DNA of 64,000 bases, taken from the NCBI GenBank assembly GCA_965218785.1, contig OZ244650.1, positions 1,248,001 through 1,312,000 of the forward strand, read 5' to 3'. Shown here one piece after another: positions 1 through 15,000 of this stretch. A program made the translations under genes and the position numbers. The notes beneath the pieces were generated by a model. It had not been told where the DNA came from, did not search any database, and worked only from the letters and a program-made list of their open reading frames with translations. This DNA is from Nitrosopumilus sp. Lineage in GTDB: Archaea > Thermoproteota > Nitrososphaeria > Nitrososphaerales > Nitrosopumilaceae. Positions within the stretch are counted from its first letter, which is position 1. Each line of letters opens with the position of its first letter.

Positions 1-1
1 C

Positions 2-3000
2 GGTAAGTACGATCGTGGACGCATCAGTGGTTTGAGCAGAAGATATGGTTGGCGCGGTGGCATCAACTGTGACGGTGTATACGTTTGATGCCGTGTTGTC
101 GTTGCCTGCCGCATCTGTTGTCGCACCTGCGGCAATTGATACATCAAGTGTTCCATCACCGGTGACCATCACATCAAACGTGTATCTGGCTGTGTCCAAA
201 TTAACAAAGTTTGATACCGGGGACGTGCCCACATCTGCCGTTCCGCCTACGGTAATATCAGATATGACAAAGTCCGGCACTGCCTCTGTAAAGATGACAG
301 TGTAGGATATGATGGTGGAACGCGTTGTGGTGCCGTCATCAGTAGTAGATGATATGGTCGCATCAGGTCCGAGGTCATCTGATATGATGGGGTCTATCAT
401 TTCATTGCGGAATGATGCCAACGGATTTCCTACATCATCTGTGATGGTGTTGCCTGTATAGGATACCGTTTGGGAGTCGTCACTGATTGGGGCAAATACT
501 TCCAGTCTTATGTTTGAGTTTTGCAGGGATGCCGTAAGGACCTGGTTGCCAGGTACGGAGAACTGGTTTATACGGAGGCTGCCAATGAGCGGCTCAGTTG
601 ATATGATTTCTATGGTTCTAAGACTGGCGGCTTTATCAAGATATGTCATACGTTCCACGGGGGTTGTCTTATGAACTTCGATCGTACCAGCAGAGGTGAA
701 TGTAGGTGCGGTGGTATCTACGGTAACGGTATGTATGGCAGATGCCACGTTGCCGCGGGCTGCAGTATCTGCTGCCGCACCTGCGGGAATTGATACCTCG
801 ATGGTACCCTCATTGGCGGGAGTCACAGTAAAGGTGTATGTGGTGCCGGTTCCATCTGGAGTGGTGACAGTTGTACCAGTTGGTCCAGATACTGTAACAT
901 CAGTTACAGCATCGCCAAAGTCCGTTACATCCTCGCTGAATGTCGCAGTGTATAATATGGTGTCAGAGTTTGTGGCGCCGCCATCAGGGATGCCAGTTGC
1001 GGTTATGAGCACTGTTGGGGTGAGAACAAATGTCTGTATGCGAGAATCAAAGAGATCTGTAACCAGCATGTGCGTGGAGTTTGTTGTGATTCCCTCCGGA
1101 GTGGTAAACTCACCTTCACCGGTGCCTTGACTGCCAAACGAGCTGACAAAGGTGCCGTCATGGTTAAATGCCTGTACCCTGTCGTTCTCACTATCTACAA
1201 CCAGTATGTGCGCGGGGGTTGTTGTAATTCCTGAGGGATCATCAAACAGGCCGTCGGTGGCGCCGAAACTGCCAAATGTACTGACAGGGGTGCCGTCATG
1301 CTCAAACATCTGTACCCTGTCGTTCCCACTATCTACAACCAGTATGTGCGTGGAGGTTGTTGCAATTCCTTCCGGACTGGTAAACTCACCGATGGTAGTG
1401 GTGCCTTGACTGCCAAACGAGCTGACAAAGGTGCCGTCATGCTCAAATATCTGCACCCTGGGGTTGCCAGAGTCGGTAACCAGTATGTGCGTGGGGGTTG
1501 TTGCGATTCCGTATGGGGTGGTAAACTCACCGTCGCCTGTACCTTCACTGCCAAATCTGCCGGCAGGGGTGCCGTCATGCTCAAATATCTGTATTCGGTG
1601 GTTGCCAGAATCTACAACCAGTATGTGCGTGGAGTTTGTCGTGATTCCTATTGGAGCAGTAACCTGGTCGTTGGCATCGCCGTTACTGCCAAACGTGCCT
1701 GCAAAGATGCCGTCCAGATCAAATATCTGTATCCTGCTGCTGCCAAAGTCTGTAACCAGTATGTGCGTGGAGTTTGTCGTGATTCCATAGGGTGCCATAA
1801 ACTCACCGTCGAGTGTGCCGATACCGCCAAACACATTAGCAAAAGCTGCAATTGCAATCACGTTGTTTGTCACAGTCTCGGGTCCAAACGTTGCAAGTGC
1901 GTTTCCTGCAAGATCAGTTACACCACCGGCAGCAGCATTGTATGATACCATGAGTGTATCTGTAGATACTATTGCCGGATCTACGGTTATGGTTATGGTG
2001 TTATCAGATATTTCAGTGGTTCCAGTAACGGTTTTGGTGGCAACGCTAAAGGTTCCTGCAGTCATAGTTTCATCAAGTGGTTCTGATGCGGTAATTACGA
2101 TCGTGGTCTCATCAGTGGTCATAGCAAAATCAAATGTAGGTTCCGCAGTATCCACAATTACATCAGAGCTGCCGGCAAGTGAATTGGCAGAGGTAACTGC
2201 AGGAAGTCTCAGAATAAGGGTATCATCGTGAGTAGTGGCAGTGATGGTTCCTCCGTTTAGTGCCAGCGAATCAGTACCGACATAGTTGAGATCAGCAGAA
2301 TTCTCTCCTGCGGCAACGGTATATTGGAATAGCAGGTCAGTTTCACCCGTGCCCGAGGTATATTCAACTATAGCACCAGTATCCAGCGTCAGAGTTGGTG
2401 GGGTGCCATCTGCAACTCCTACATCCACAGCCTCGTCAAATCTTACGGTGATGTCAATGATACCACCTTCCTTGTATGCACCGTCATCGGCAGATACGCT
2501 AGTTATGTCAGAATCCAGAAGGAATGTCTGTATCCTGCTGTTGCCATGATCTGCAACCAGGATGTGCGTGGAGTTTGTTGCAAGTCCCGAGGGGCGGTCA
2601 AACCGGCCGTCGCCCGTGCCGAAACTGCCAAACTTGCCGACAAAGTTGGCATCACTATCAAATATTTGGATTCTGTCGTTGTTAAAGTCTGCGATGTATA
2701 TCAGGTTGTTCTCCATGATGATTCCAGTAGGGCTGTCAAACTGGCCGTTGGCTGTGCCATTACTGCCAAACGTGTTGAGATAGTTGCCGGCACTATCAAA
2801 TACATCCACCCAGTCGTTGCTAGTCTCTGTAACCAGGATATGCGTAGAGTTCATTGCAATGCTGTGGTAACGCTCACCAGTCTCAAATGCGTCACGGCCA
2901 AACGCGCTATCAAAGACGCCGTCAGTGTCAAATACCTGCACCCTGTGATGGAAAGAGTCTACAACCAGGATATGCGTGCCGTTTGCTGTGATTCCCACCG

Positions 3001-6000
3001 GGCTATCAAAGAGACCAGGACCAATGGTGAAGCTAGTGCGCGGACTGCCAAACTCGTTGGCATAGGTGCCGTTCAGATAAAATACCTGCACCCTGTGGTG
3101 GTTCAAGTCTGTAACCATTATGTGCGTAGAGTTTACTGCGATTCCAGAAGGATTGGAAAACTCGGAGTTACCGGGGTTGCTGGGGACTAAGGCTCTACTG
3201 CCAAACTTGCCGGCAAAGCTGCCATCCAGATCAAATATCTGCACCCTGTTGTTGTTGGTGTCTGCAACCAGTATGTGCGTGGAGTTTGTCGTAAGGGATA
3301 CAGGAATTTGAAACTGGCCGTCGGCTTCGCCGCGACTGCCAAACTTGCCGGCAAACTGTACGGGGCTGTCCACCGTAACGGTGTATGGGTCAGATGCCGC
3401 GTTGCCGTTGTTTGATGCATCTTCTGCCGCATCTACGGGAATCGTTACTATGACTGTACCATCAGTGGTGGCAGTTACAACAAAGTTGTACGTGGTGGTG
3501 TCGTCTGCAGGTGATTCAGCGGGGGTTGGTTCAGAGACTGTTGCAGTTGCCGTACCACCTAGTGTAATATCATCTGCGTCAACAAAGTCTGTCACCGTCT
3601 CGCTGAAGGTGACAGTGTAGAATATAACATCAGAGATTGCAGTACCGCCGTTAACGGCATCATCAGTAGATATGGTTGCAGTTGGCCCGGCAACACCTAC
3701 CAAGTTTGAGCCAAATACTGTAAAGTGTTCAGTCCAGATTATCAGGTCAGTGTCTACGTCTATAAAGCACTCTTGGTCGCCGGTAAGCTGTGTTGATACA
3801 GAGGTAACATCATCGGCATCACACGCCGTAGTTATCTGGATAGCTGGTGCACCGCCCTGAGAATACCATGGAGTGTTGCCTGCCTGGCCTCCAAGCTGTA
3901 TCCGTATGGGATTATCAGTGTTTACCACAGAGCCTGCTTGTCCTATCTCGATGCAGGATGCCTGCACACCGGAATCTATTGCAGCAGAGTTACAAGCAGT
4001 GTCAGAGTCAGAGTCAGCTGGCAGTACCAGTATTCCATCAAAGGTGGGCGAGCTAAAACTGGTGTCAGCAGGAATGGTCACCTGGATGTTCCCTCCACGC
4101 AGACCTGTCGCAGTTACCATAATCTCGGTGTTTGTCGTGACAGTTGGAATTCCTCCTGGGGATGCTACCAGTGATGAATAATCCAGCGTGGCATCGACTG
4201 TACTTGGATATTTGATTGTGGCAAGGGTGGAATCAGGATCAGTGACTGCGATGCGGTCGTCAGTATCGTCAAGTATGATGGCGTTTTCTGCTGTTACCGG
4301 ATAGTCTTCTAGTGGTGAGAGCGCCGATGTAGAGTCTGATGTCTTTGTTGGACCAGCTATGTCGATTGTGGCAGTGGTTCCGGCTGGGGTAGTTGAGAGG
4401 ATGAGTGATATGACAGTGTAATTGGCATCATCGGGAGTGGCATCAATAAACGAATCTATTGTATGGGGCATGCCAGCAGGTGACATTACGTCATCATAAT
4501 GGGAGGCATCCGTAGTTACTAGTTTGCTGTAGATTATGGTGATTATATTATTGGAGAGCCTTGCAGATACTATCTCAGGTACTGCCGCATCAACTGTGAC
4601 AGTATATGTGTTAGATGCCTCGTTTTGGTTGCCGGCAGGATCTTCTGCCACATTTTCAGGTACGGATACTATTACGGTACCATCAGATGAGGTTGTACCA
4701 TCAGATGAGGTTGCCACAGCAAAGGTGTATGTGGTGTCTGCGGGGTCTGTGATAACTGTTGCAAAGGATGATGCCACAGGTGCGCCACCTGATGCCGTTC
4801 CAGATACTGCGATATTATCCACACCAAAGCCTGGCACAGGCTCGTTGAAGGTGACAGTGTAGGATACGGTGTCAGTAAGTGAGATGCCGTTATCAGCGAT
4901 TCCATCGTCGTTAGTTATGGTTACAGTTGGTGCTGCAGTATCCACAATTACATCAGAGCCGCCAAGTGATGCAGTATCAGTAGTTGCAGGAAGGCTCAGA
5001 ACTGCATCAATGTTGCTATCAGCAGTGGCAGTAATGCTTCCGCCGTTTAATGCAAGCGAGGTTGTAGAGTCATAGTTGAGATTACCAGAATTCTGTCCTG
5101 CGGCAACAGTATATGAGAATTCCTGTGTTGTTCCAGGCGCGCCTGGGACATGTCTGGCTACTCCACCGGTATCCAGTGTCAGCTGCGGGATGCCGCCTAC
5201 CGTTACTGACTCGCTAAATGTTATGGTAATGTTAATTGAGTCGCCTTCGCTGTATGAACCGTCTGATGCAGATACGCTGACTACGGTTGGTGCAACAGTT
5301 GTGACGGCAGTTGTCACTGTAACGGAATATGCAGCGGATGCCAGGTTTGCGTTGCCTGCAGTATCTGTTGCCACGGATTCTGGGATGGATACTGTAACTG
5401 TACCAACAGAGGTGGTCATTACATCAAAGGTGTAGGTGCTCTCGGTTCCCATTAAGTTTGATGCTGTAGGCGAACCACCAGATGCGCTTCCAGATACTGT
5501 AATGTCTGCCACAGCAAAGTCAGTCACATCCTCGCTAAAGACAACATCATATGATACGGTACCAGTGCTGTGCGTGCCGCCGTTTGCAGTATCAGTAGTT
5601 ATGGTTACAGTTGGTGCAAGATCAAATATCTGCACCCTGTTGTTACCGCTGTCTGCAACCAGTAGGTGCGTGGAGTTTATGGTGATTCCCCGGGGACTGT
5701 CAAACTGGTTGTTGCCAGTACCAGAACTGGTGCCAGAACTGCCAATTGTGCTGACAAAGTTGCCGTTAATATCAAATACCTGTATCCTGTGGTTTAAGGT
5801 GTCTGCAACCAGTATGTGCGTGGATGTTGTTGCAATTCCTACGGGATCATCAAACTGACCGTTGGCGGTGCCGCGACTGCCAATTGTGCTGACAAAGTCG
5901 CTGTCCATATTAAATACCTGTATCCTGTCGTTGCGGGTGTCTGCAACCAGTATGTGCGTGGAGTTTGTCGTGATTGCTTCTGGTCGGGAAAACTGGCCGT

Positions 6001-9000
6001 CGTTTGCACCGGGACTGCCAATCTTGCTGACAAAACGGCCATCCGAATCAAATACCTGTATCCTGTCGTTGAGGTTGTCTGCAACCAGTATGTTCGTAGA
6101 GGTTGTCGTGATTCCACTAGGACGGATAAACTCGCCGTTGTTAGAACCAAGGATGCCAAACTGGCGTACAAAAGTACCCTGCAAATCAAATATCTGCACC
6201 CTCGCATTACCGGTATCAGCAACTAGTATGTTCGTGGAGGTTGCAGTGATTCCTCGGGGGTTAAAAAAGTGGCCGGCGTCTGAGCCGCTATTACCATACT
6301 GGCGGAGAAGGACGTCATTTTCATCAAATTGCTGTATGATATTGCCAAACTGGTTGGAATAGGTGCCGTCCAGATCAAATACCTGTATCCTGTGGTTTAA
6401 GGTGTCTGCAACCAGTATGTTTGTAGGTGTCGTTGCAACCCCGTACGGGTTGTTAAACTCTCCGTCACCTGGGCCGGAACTGCCAATCGATTGAACAAAA
6501 GTGCCGATTGGTGGGACGGTATTAACTGTGACTGTGTATGTGTCAGATTCAATGTTGCCGTTGCCTGCCGCATCTTCTGTCGCATCTGCGGGAATTGATA
6601 CTGTGACCGTACCATCAGAGGTGGCAGTCACATCAAAGGTGTAGGTGGTGCCGTCTCCAGACGGTGTAGCGGCAGTTGCAGTTGCCGTACCACCTAGTGT
6701 AATATAAGCTGCGGCATCAAAGCCTGATACGGCCTCATTAAAGGTGGCAGTATAGGTAATGGTACGGAAGTTTGTGGAACCTTCATTAGCTGCAGCACCC
6801 GTGGTTATGGTTACGGCAGGTGCGGCGGTATCCACTGTGATGGAATAGGGGGCAGATGCCACATTGTCGCGGCCTGCGGCATCTGTTGCCACATCTTCAG
6901 AAACAGATACTGTGATCGTACCATCGGAGGTGGCTGCCACCTCAAAGGTGTAGGTGTCCTCGGATCCTGCAAAGTTTGTCGCTGCAGGCGCGCTGCCAGA
7001 TGCGGTTCCAGATACTGTGATGTCTCCCACAACAAAGTCATCCACATCCTCGCTGAATGTGACAGTGTAGGACACAGTGCCGGTGTTGTACGTGCCGCCG
7101 TGTACGGTGCCAGCCGCAGTTATGAGCACAGATAGTGCAAGATCAAATATCTGTATCCTGTCGTTGCCGCTGTCTGCAACCAGCAGGTGCGTGGAGTTTG
7201 TGGCGATTCCTTGTGGACGGTCAAACTGGTTGTTGCCCGTACCGGAACTGGCGTCAGAATTGCCAATTGTGCTGACATGGATGCCGTTAATATCAAATAT
7301 CTGTATCCTGTTGTTGCCGGTGTCTGCAACCAGTATGTGCTCGTGGGTTACGGTGATTCCTTCTGGGAAGTTAAACTGGCCGTTGTCTGTGCCGAAGCTG
7401 CCAAACGAGCTGAGATAGGTGCCGTCCAGATCAAATATCTGTATCCTGTTGTTGTAGGTGTCTGCAACCATGATGTTCGTGGGGGTTGTGCTAATGTCTA
7501 TTGGCGTGTTAAACGCGCCGTCAGTTATGCCGGAATTGTCAAAGTGGCGGAGATAGGTGCCATCCAGATCAAATACCTGTATCCTGTTGTTGCCGGTGTC
7601 TGCAACCAGTATGTGCGTCGAGTTTGCCGTGATTCCTCTTGGTATGTTAAACTGGCCGTTGCCATTACCAATACTGCCAAACTGGTCTTGATAGGTGCCG
7701 TCCAGATCAAAGACCTGTATCCTGTTGTTGTTGCGGTCTGCAACCAGGATGTTCTCAGAGGTCGTTGTGACTGCCCCGGGTGTGTTAAACACGCCGTTAG
7801 TTGTGCTGGAACGGCCAAACTGGTGGAGATATCCGCCGTTCAGATCAAATACCTGTACCCTGTTGTTGAAGGTGTCTGCAACCAGTATGTTCGTGGAGGT
7901 TGCCGTGATTTTTCGCGGTGTGTTAAACTGGTCGTTGCCCGTACCAGAACTGCCAAACGATCTGATATGGGTGCCGTCCAGATCAAATACCTGCATCATG
8001 TGGTTGCCGGTGTCTGCAACCAAGATGTGCGTGGAGTTTGTGGTGACTCCTCCTGGCGCGTTAAACAGGCCGTTGCCCGTACCAGAACTGCCAATCGTGC
8101 TGACATAGGTGCCGTCCAGATCAAATACCTGAATCCTGTTGTTGAAGGTGTCTGCAACCAGTATATGCGTGGAGTTTGTGGTGATTCCCCGCGGCGTGTC
8201 AAACCGGTCGTTGCCCGTACCGGAACTGGCGTCAGAACTGCCAATTATGTTAACACGGGTGCCGGCAGTGTCAAATATCTGTATCCTGTGGTTGCTGGTG
8301 TCTGCAACTAGGATGTGCGTGGAGTTTGCCGTGATGTCATTTGGTCTGACAAGCACGCCTCGATCAAAATCCACCGTGTTCCCTTCACCATCATCTCGTT
8401 GGATGATATCCACGCCGGAATTGTCAAACTGGCTTTGATAATTACCTTCTAGATCAAATACCTGTATCCGGTTGTTAAAGGTGTCTGCAACCAGGATGTG
8501 CGTGGAGTTTGTGGTGATTCCCAAGGGAATGTTAAACTTGCCGTTGCCCGTACCAGAACTGCCAAACGAGCTGCGATAGTCGCCATCCAGATCAAATACC
8601 TGTATCCTGTGGTTAAAAGAGTCTGCAACCAGTATGTTCTCAGAGGTCGTTGTGACTGCCCCGGGTGCGTTAAACACGCCGTTAGTTGTGCTGAAACTGC
8701 CAAACTGGCTGAGATAGTTGCCGCTCAGATCAAATATCTGTACCCTATGGTTGAGGCTGTCTGAAACCAGGATATTCGTGGGAGTCGTTGTGATTCCCCT
8801 TGGTGTGTTAAACACGCCGTCACCTGTGCCTAACCTGCCAATCGTGTGGACGTGGGTTCCAATTGTTGAACCGGTAGTATCCACTACAGTATCCACTATT
8901 ACGGCAGAACCGCCGGCAAGTGATTCACCAGAATCAGTTGCAGGAAGTGCCAGATTTGCAGGGGTAGTAGTGGTACCATCAGATGATGATATGCTTCCCC

Positions 9001-12000
9001 CGTTTAGTAACAGCGAGTCCGTATCCACATAGTTGAGATCATCAGAATCATGTCCTGCAAGAACGGTATATCGGAATACAAGGTCGGTTCCAGAATCGCT
9101 GTGGGTGTAATCTGCCAGAGCGTCATCGGTGCCAGTCTCCAGTAATAACTGAGGGGTTCCAATTACGGTTACCGGGCCGCTAAATGTTACGGTGATATCC
9201 AAGGTGTCACCTGCGTTGACGGTGCGGTCTTCCGCAGATACGGCAGTCACGCCATACACGGTGTTTGTCACGGGCTGGGAGTCAAATGTCGCAAGTGCGT
9301 TGGCAGAGCCGTCAAATATGGTATCACCGGTATATCTGACTGTAACCGTACTGCCAACGACAATTGGCATATCCAACGTTATGGTAATGGTGCGGCCAGC
9401 CACCACAGGATCACCAGCCACCACAGGATCATCAGCCACCACAGGATCATCAGAAACTATATTCTCTGAAACCTCAAAGACTTCCGCAGTCGTAGTTCCC
9501 ACCAGGCGTTCTGATGCCGTAAGTAGGATCGTGTTCTCATCAGGGGTCGTAGCAGATGTGATGGTTGGCAGAACGGTATCAGAGCCAGTAAGTATGGCGG
9601 CGATTGTCTTGATCGTGTTGGAAGCTGCAGCATCAAGTGGCAGGGTTTCTGGAAGATCCCCTCCATACACAAGTGCAAGTGTCTCGTCATCGACTTGGGC
9701 AAGCGAGTTGAATGCGCCGTCTGCAGTATCGTGCTCAAAGGGTCCGCCTGCCTCAGTCAGACCGCTGGATAATATGTTATACATCTGAATAAAGCCATAG
9801 CCGTCTGCACCCCTGTATGCCAGAGCTAGCGTGTCATCATCTAGCAATACCAGCGAGTTGAGGTGTATGCGTTCAAATGCCGCGTCTGCCGCGTCATTAT
9901 AATACGTGACAGTCGCGCCCCTCTGTGTAATTGTACCGTCTGTTGCAACATCAAATATCTTGAGACGTCCCTCCCCGTCACCTGTAATGTTAGTACCAAT
10001 ATCAGAGTATGCAAGTGCGACTGTGGTCGCATCGATTCGGACAAGGGAGGCATACGCCGTTCTGCCGGCATCATGTATAAGTGGAACTACAGTTCCAGCA
10101 TCAAAGACATCCGCGCTGCCAGGTGAAACATCAAATGCCTGTATGGTTCCAGCTGCACCGCCAACACGGTATGCAACTACGACCGTATTGGCATCCAGGG
10201 TCACCACGGATGGGTACCGTCCCTGAGCGGTGGTAACTGTTACTGGTGCACCTGCAGTCAGCGCGCCACCAGAGCCGATGTTGATATCCTGGATAAAGCC
10301 GTCAGGAGAGCCGTTTGGATGAGAATACACAATTACCAGCGTGTTGGCATCAAATAATGTCAAAGACTGGCTGGATATCTGCCCGCCGTTCTCACCTGTT
10401 CTATAGTCGACACTGTTGGGATTTCCAAATGGCGTGGTAGTAGAAGTGGTATCAACATCAAATGTTGTAACCGTGCCTACCTGACTGACAGTAGTAGTAC
10501 CTCCCTGAGTGACAGTATTAGTACGCACGTGTGAAATTGCAACGGTATCATCATCGATACGTACAAGGGAGGTAGACCTTGGATCCTCCCTTACGTCATT
10601 AGTGTTATCGCCTGAATTTTCAGTAACTGTAGCCACAGTCTGGCTGCCAATCAGCGAGATCTGCCCGTCAGTTATACTGTATAGTCTGATATCGGTATTA
10701 TGATTCCAGGTACCGCTGCCGGCAGATACGGATACGGTGTGCGAGGAGACGTAATGATTATCGGTGAGTTGTACCAGATTATGTCGGTATCCGTTGTCTG
10801 GAAGGTCGACTGAGTGTATATTCGATATGGTATGATCAGTCAAGTCAGTGGTGCTTGGCACGTTGTTTGTCACGGGCTCCATGTCAAACGCTGCAAGTGC
10901 GTTTTCTGCAACATCAGTAATGTCAGTACCGGCGTATGATACTGTGAGTACGTCTGAGGATACAATTGGCGTACCTACAGTCAGGGTTATGGTATTACCG
11001 GATATTGTAGTAGTACCGGCAACTGTATTGCTGGTAACAGTATTGCTGGTAACAGTATTACTGCTGGTAACAGTAAAGATTCCGGCAGTCGTAATTTCTG
11101 CAAGGGGTTCTGAGGTATTGATTACAATCGTGATCTCATTGGTGGTTGCAGCAGAAATGACGGCAGGTGCCATGGAATCAAATGTAACGGTGTGTGTGGC
11201 AGATGCCGTATTGAGGTTGCCTGCAGTATCTATTGCCACGTTTGCGGGAATCTGTACTGTGACTGTACCATCAGTGCTGGCAACCACAGTAAAGGTGTAT
11301 GTGATGTCATCCACAGGAGAGGTGTACGTGATGCCGCCGTCTCCAGTAGGAATAGAGACAGTTGCAGTCCTCGCCGAACCAGACAGGGCAATATCAGTTG
11401 AGGCATCACCAAAGCCAAGTATATTCTTGCTGAATACTGCAGTATATGACAGGGTGCCAGAGGTGGTATGCCCGCCGTTAGCCGTATCATCATTGGTCAG
11501 GATTACAGTTGGCACGGTGTTTGTCACAGACTGCGGGCCAAATGGGGCAAGTGCGTGTCCTGCAAGATCAGTTATGGTATTACCGCTGTAACCTATCGTA
11601 ACCGTACCACCTGCAGGAATTACCGGGCCCACAGTCAGGGTTATGGTACTGCCAGATATCACAATATTAGATATGGTACTACTGCCGGTAAGGACAAAGT
11701 CTCTGGCAGTAACAGTATTTCCTGTAAGGGGTTCTGATGCGGTAATTACTATCGTAAAGCCGTCAGGAACTGCAATAGAAGAGAAGACGGGTGCGGTGAT
11801 ATCAACTGTAATACGGTACGTGTTTGATGCCGTGTTGTCGTTGCCTGCCGCATCTGCTGCCGCACCTGCTGGAATTGACACCGTAAGAGCGCCATCACCG
11901 GTGGCAGTCACGACAAAGTCGTACGTGGTGCCAGACCCAGTTATGGAGGTGACAGTTGCCGCCGCCCCACCCAATGTGATATCAGTTGCAGCATCATTAA

Positions 12001-15000
12001 AGCCGGTTACTAATTCACTAAAGACTGCGGTGTATGACAGGACAGCAGAGGTTGTATCGCCGCCATTAGCCAGAGCAGTGTTGGTTATGGTTACAGTTGG
12101 AACGGTATTTGTGGCAGACTGTGCGTCAAATGTGGCAAGTGTGTTTCCTGCAGCATCAGTTATTGTATCACCGTCGTAATCCACCGCAACTGTGCCACCT
12201 GGGGGAATTGCCGTGCCCACAGTTATGGTTATGGTATTATCAGATATTACAGGGTTGGTAACGGTGTTGCCATCAATGGTATAGTCATCGACAGCAGTAG
12301 ATCCTTCAAGGGGTTCTGATGCAGTAAATACGATCGTATTGGCATTACTTGCCACAGCAGACACAATGACCGGAGAAGATGTACCGGGGTCTATTGCGAC
12401 AAGTGTCTTGATTATGTTGGGAGTTGCAGTGAAATCAGGTATGGCGGATAAAAGATCCCCGCCGTATGCCAGTGCAAGTGTGTTGTCATTTACTCGAACA
12501 AGCGAGTTGAATGCGCCGTCTGCAGTATCGTGCTCAAATGGCGCATCATTGGTGGAGGTAAGAACGCCTGTGACACGGTCTATCTCGTATGTCTGGATAA
12601 AGCCGTCACCGTCTTCACCCCTATATGCGACTGCCAGCGTGTCAGGATTGAGCATTGCCAGCGAGTTGAGGTGTACGCGTTGCTCTGATGCCGCAGATGC
12701 CGCGGCGTTGTAATACGTCAAACTGTCAAGTTCAGTAATGACGCCATTCTCAGTCATATCAAATATCTTGAGTTTTCCATTTCCGTCAGATCTGTTTCCG
12801 GCAGTGCCAATCTCAGAGTATGCAAGTGCCAGAGTGTCGTCATTGACTTTAATAAGAGAGTTGTATGCCGTTCTTGCACCATCTGAATAGTCAAGGGCGG
12901 GTCTGGCAGTAAATTTAATCTCGTTAGATACATAATCAAACGCCTGTACGAGTCCCGGGGTATCAGAATCGCCTCGGGATGCAACTACAAACGTATTGGC
13001 ATCCATTCTCACCATAGATGTGTACTGTCCCTGAGTGTCGGCATACGTTGATGTTGTCCCGTTGTCACCGATCAGAGCACCGGTGCGGGGATTAATACTG
13101 ACAGCCTGTATAATTGCGGATGGGTCAGAATCAAGATACGAATATGCAATCATCAGCAGGTTGGGATCTAGTGCTATCAGGGAGTGGTTGTGTGTCTGTG
13201 TACCGTACAAACCAGTTTCAAGGCCGATGCTGCGAGGATTTGTAAATGGGGTAGTATCCGAGCTGGTATCAACATCATACGTGGCAACACGACTTGTCGA
13301 GGCATCCACATATGAGACTGCGATTGTATCAGCATCTATCAGCGTGAGTGCCGTGGATCTCGGGCTGCTGAGTTCGGTAATTGGGGCAGTCTTGCTTTGA
13401 ATGGTGGCAGTACCAATCACCTGGCGGGCAATCTGCGTGATCTGCCCGTCAGTTATGGTGTATAATCCCAAGACTGTCGAGTAGTCCCATAGTGCTGAAT
13501 CGGCATTAGGTCCTGTTACCGTGTGTGAGGAGACGTAATACTCGCCTGTCAGGCGTACCAGGTTGTGCCGGTATCCGTTATCTGGAAGGGCAACAGAGTC
13601 CCTCTCAAATATGCTATGGGATGTTGGGGGAGGAATAGCCACTGTGACGGAGTGTGAGGCAAATGTGCCAAGTGTGTTACCTACGACATCAGTTATGTCA
13701 CCACCAGAGTATTCCACGGTAACAGTATTGCCATCTGTAAGCGGCGTGTCCACAGTTATAATTATTTCAAGACCCGATATCACAGGATCGGCAGATACCA
13801 TATTACCTGAAACGGTAACGTCGTTTGCAATGACAGTTCCGACAAGATATTCATCTGCCACAAGTACGATCGTGGTATCATCAGGGGTTGTAGAGCCCAC
13901 TATGGTTGGTGCGGTGGTGTCATCCTCCGTATCTACAACGGCAAATGTCTTGATACTGTTGGGAGTTGCCGTATTTCCTATCTGGGTTGAAAGATCCCCT
14001 CCGTATGCCAGTGCAAGTGTGTTGTCATCAATTCTGAGAAGCGAGTTGAATGCGCCGTCTGCAGTATCGTGCTCAAACGGTCCGCCTGTTGCCACCGGAC
14101 CGGTGGATCTCACAGCATACGTCTGGATAAAGCCGTCCCCGCCTGCACCCCTGTATGCGAGGGCCAGCGTGTCAGAGTCCAGCATGGCCAGTGAGTTGAG
14201 GTGTACGCGTTCATCGTATGGTGCGGCTGCCGCGTCGTTGTAATATATGACAGTATCGCCCCTTTGTGTAACTGTGCCGTCCGCTGCTGCAACATCAAAT
14301 ATCTTGATGTGTCCCTGCCCGTCATCTTTAATGTTATTAAAACCAATCTCAGAGTATGCAAGGGCGACGGTACTATCATCGATCCTAACAAGAGAGTTGT
14401 ACGCTATTCTGATAATGATCTTCGGATCCATTACATCGCGTTCGGTTACATCGAGTTCGTGTGCAAGGGCGTCGGCTCTTGGGGTAAATACGGGAGTACC
14501 ACTAGATGAAACATCAAATGTCCGGATAAATCCCTCGGCACCTACAAAACGGGATGATGTGAGTTCAATTGGGACCACCTCTTTTGGACCAGTGCTTGTG
14601 TCCTCACCACGGTCTCTGTTGCTATCAGTGTATGCAACTATGACAGTGTCATTATCTAGTTTGACCAGCGATGGGTACCGTCCATCATTGTCGGTAATGC
14701 TTACTGGTACACCTACACTCAGCGCGCCATTAGTGCCTATATTGATATCCTGGATAAAGCCACCAGAGGAGTTGACGGGATGCGAGTATGCAATTATCAA
14801 CCTGCCTGCATCAAATAATATCATAGAGTGATCATCTGTTTGCCCGCCTGTAGCACCGGTCTGAAAGTTGATACTTTGAGAGGGGGTAAAGTGTGTAACA
14901 GAGTAGGCAACATCAAATGTTGTGACAGTGCTTGCAAGGCCATCTCCAAATGTGCGCACGTAGGAGACTGCGATGGTATCATCATCGATACGTACAAGGG

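Noticed and set aside
1000-8860. NHL repeats as DGR targets
   Set aside because: Divergence affects all bases and no template repeat or RT is visible.
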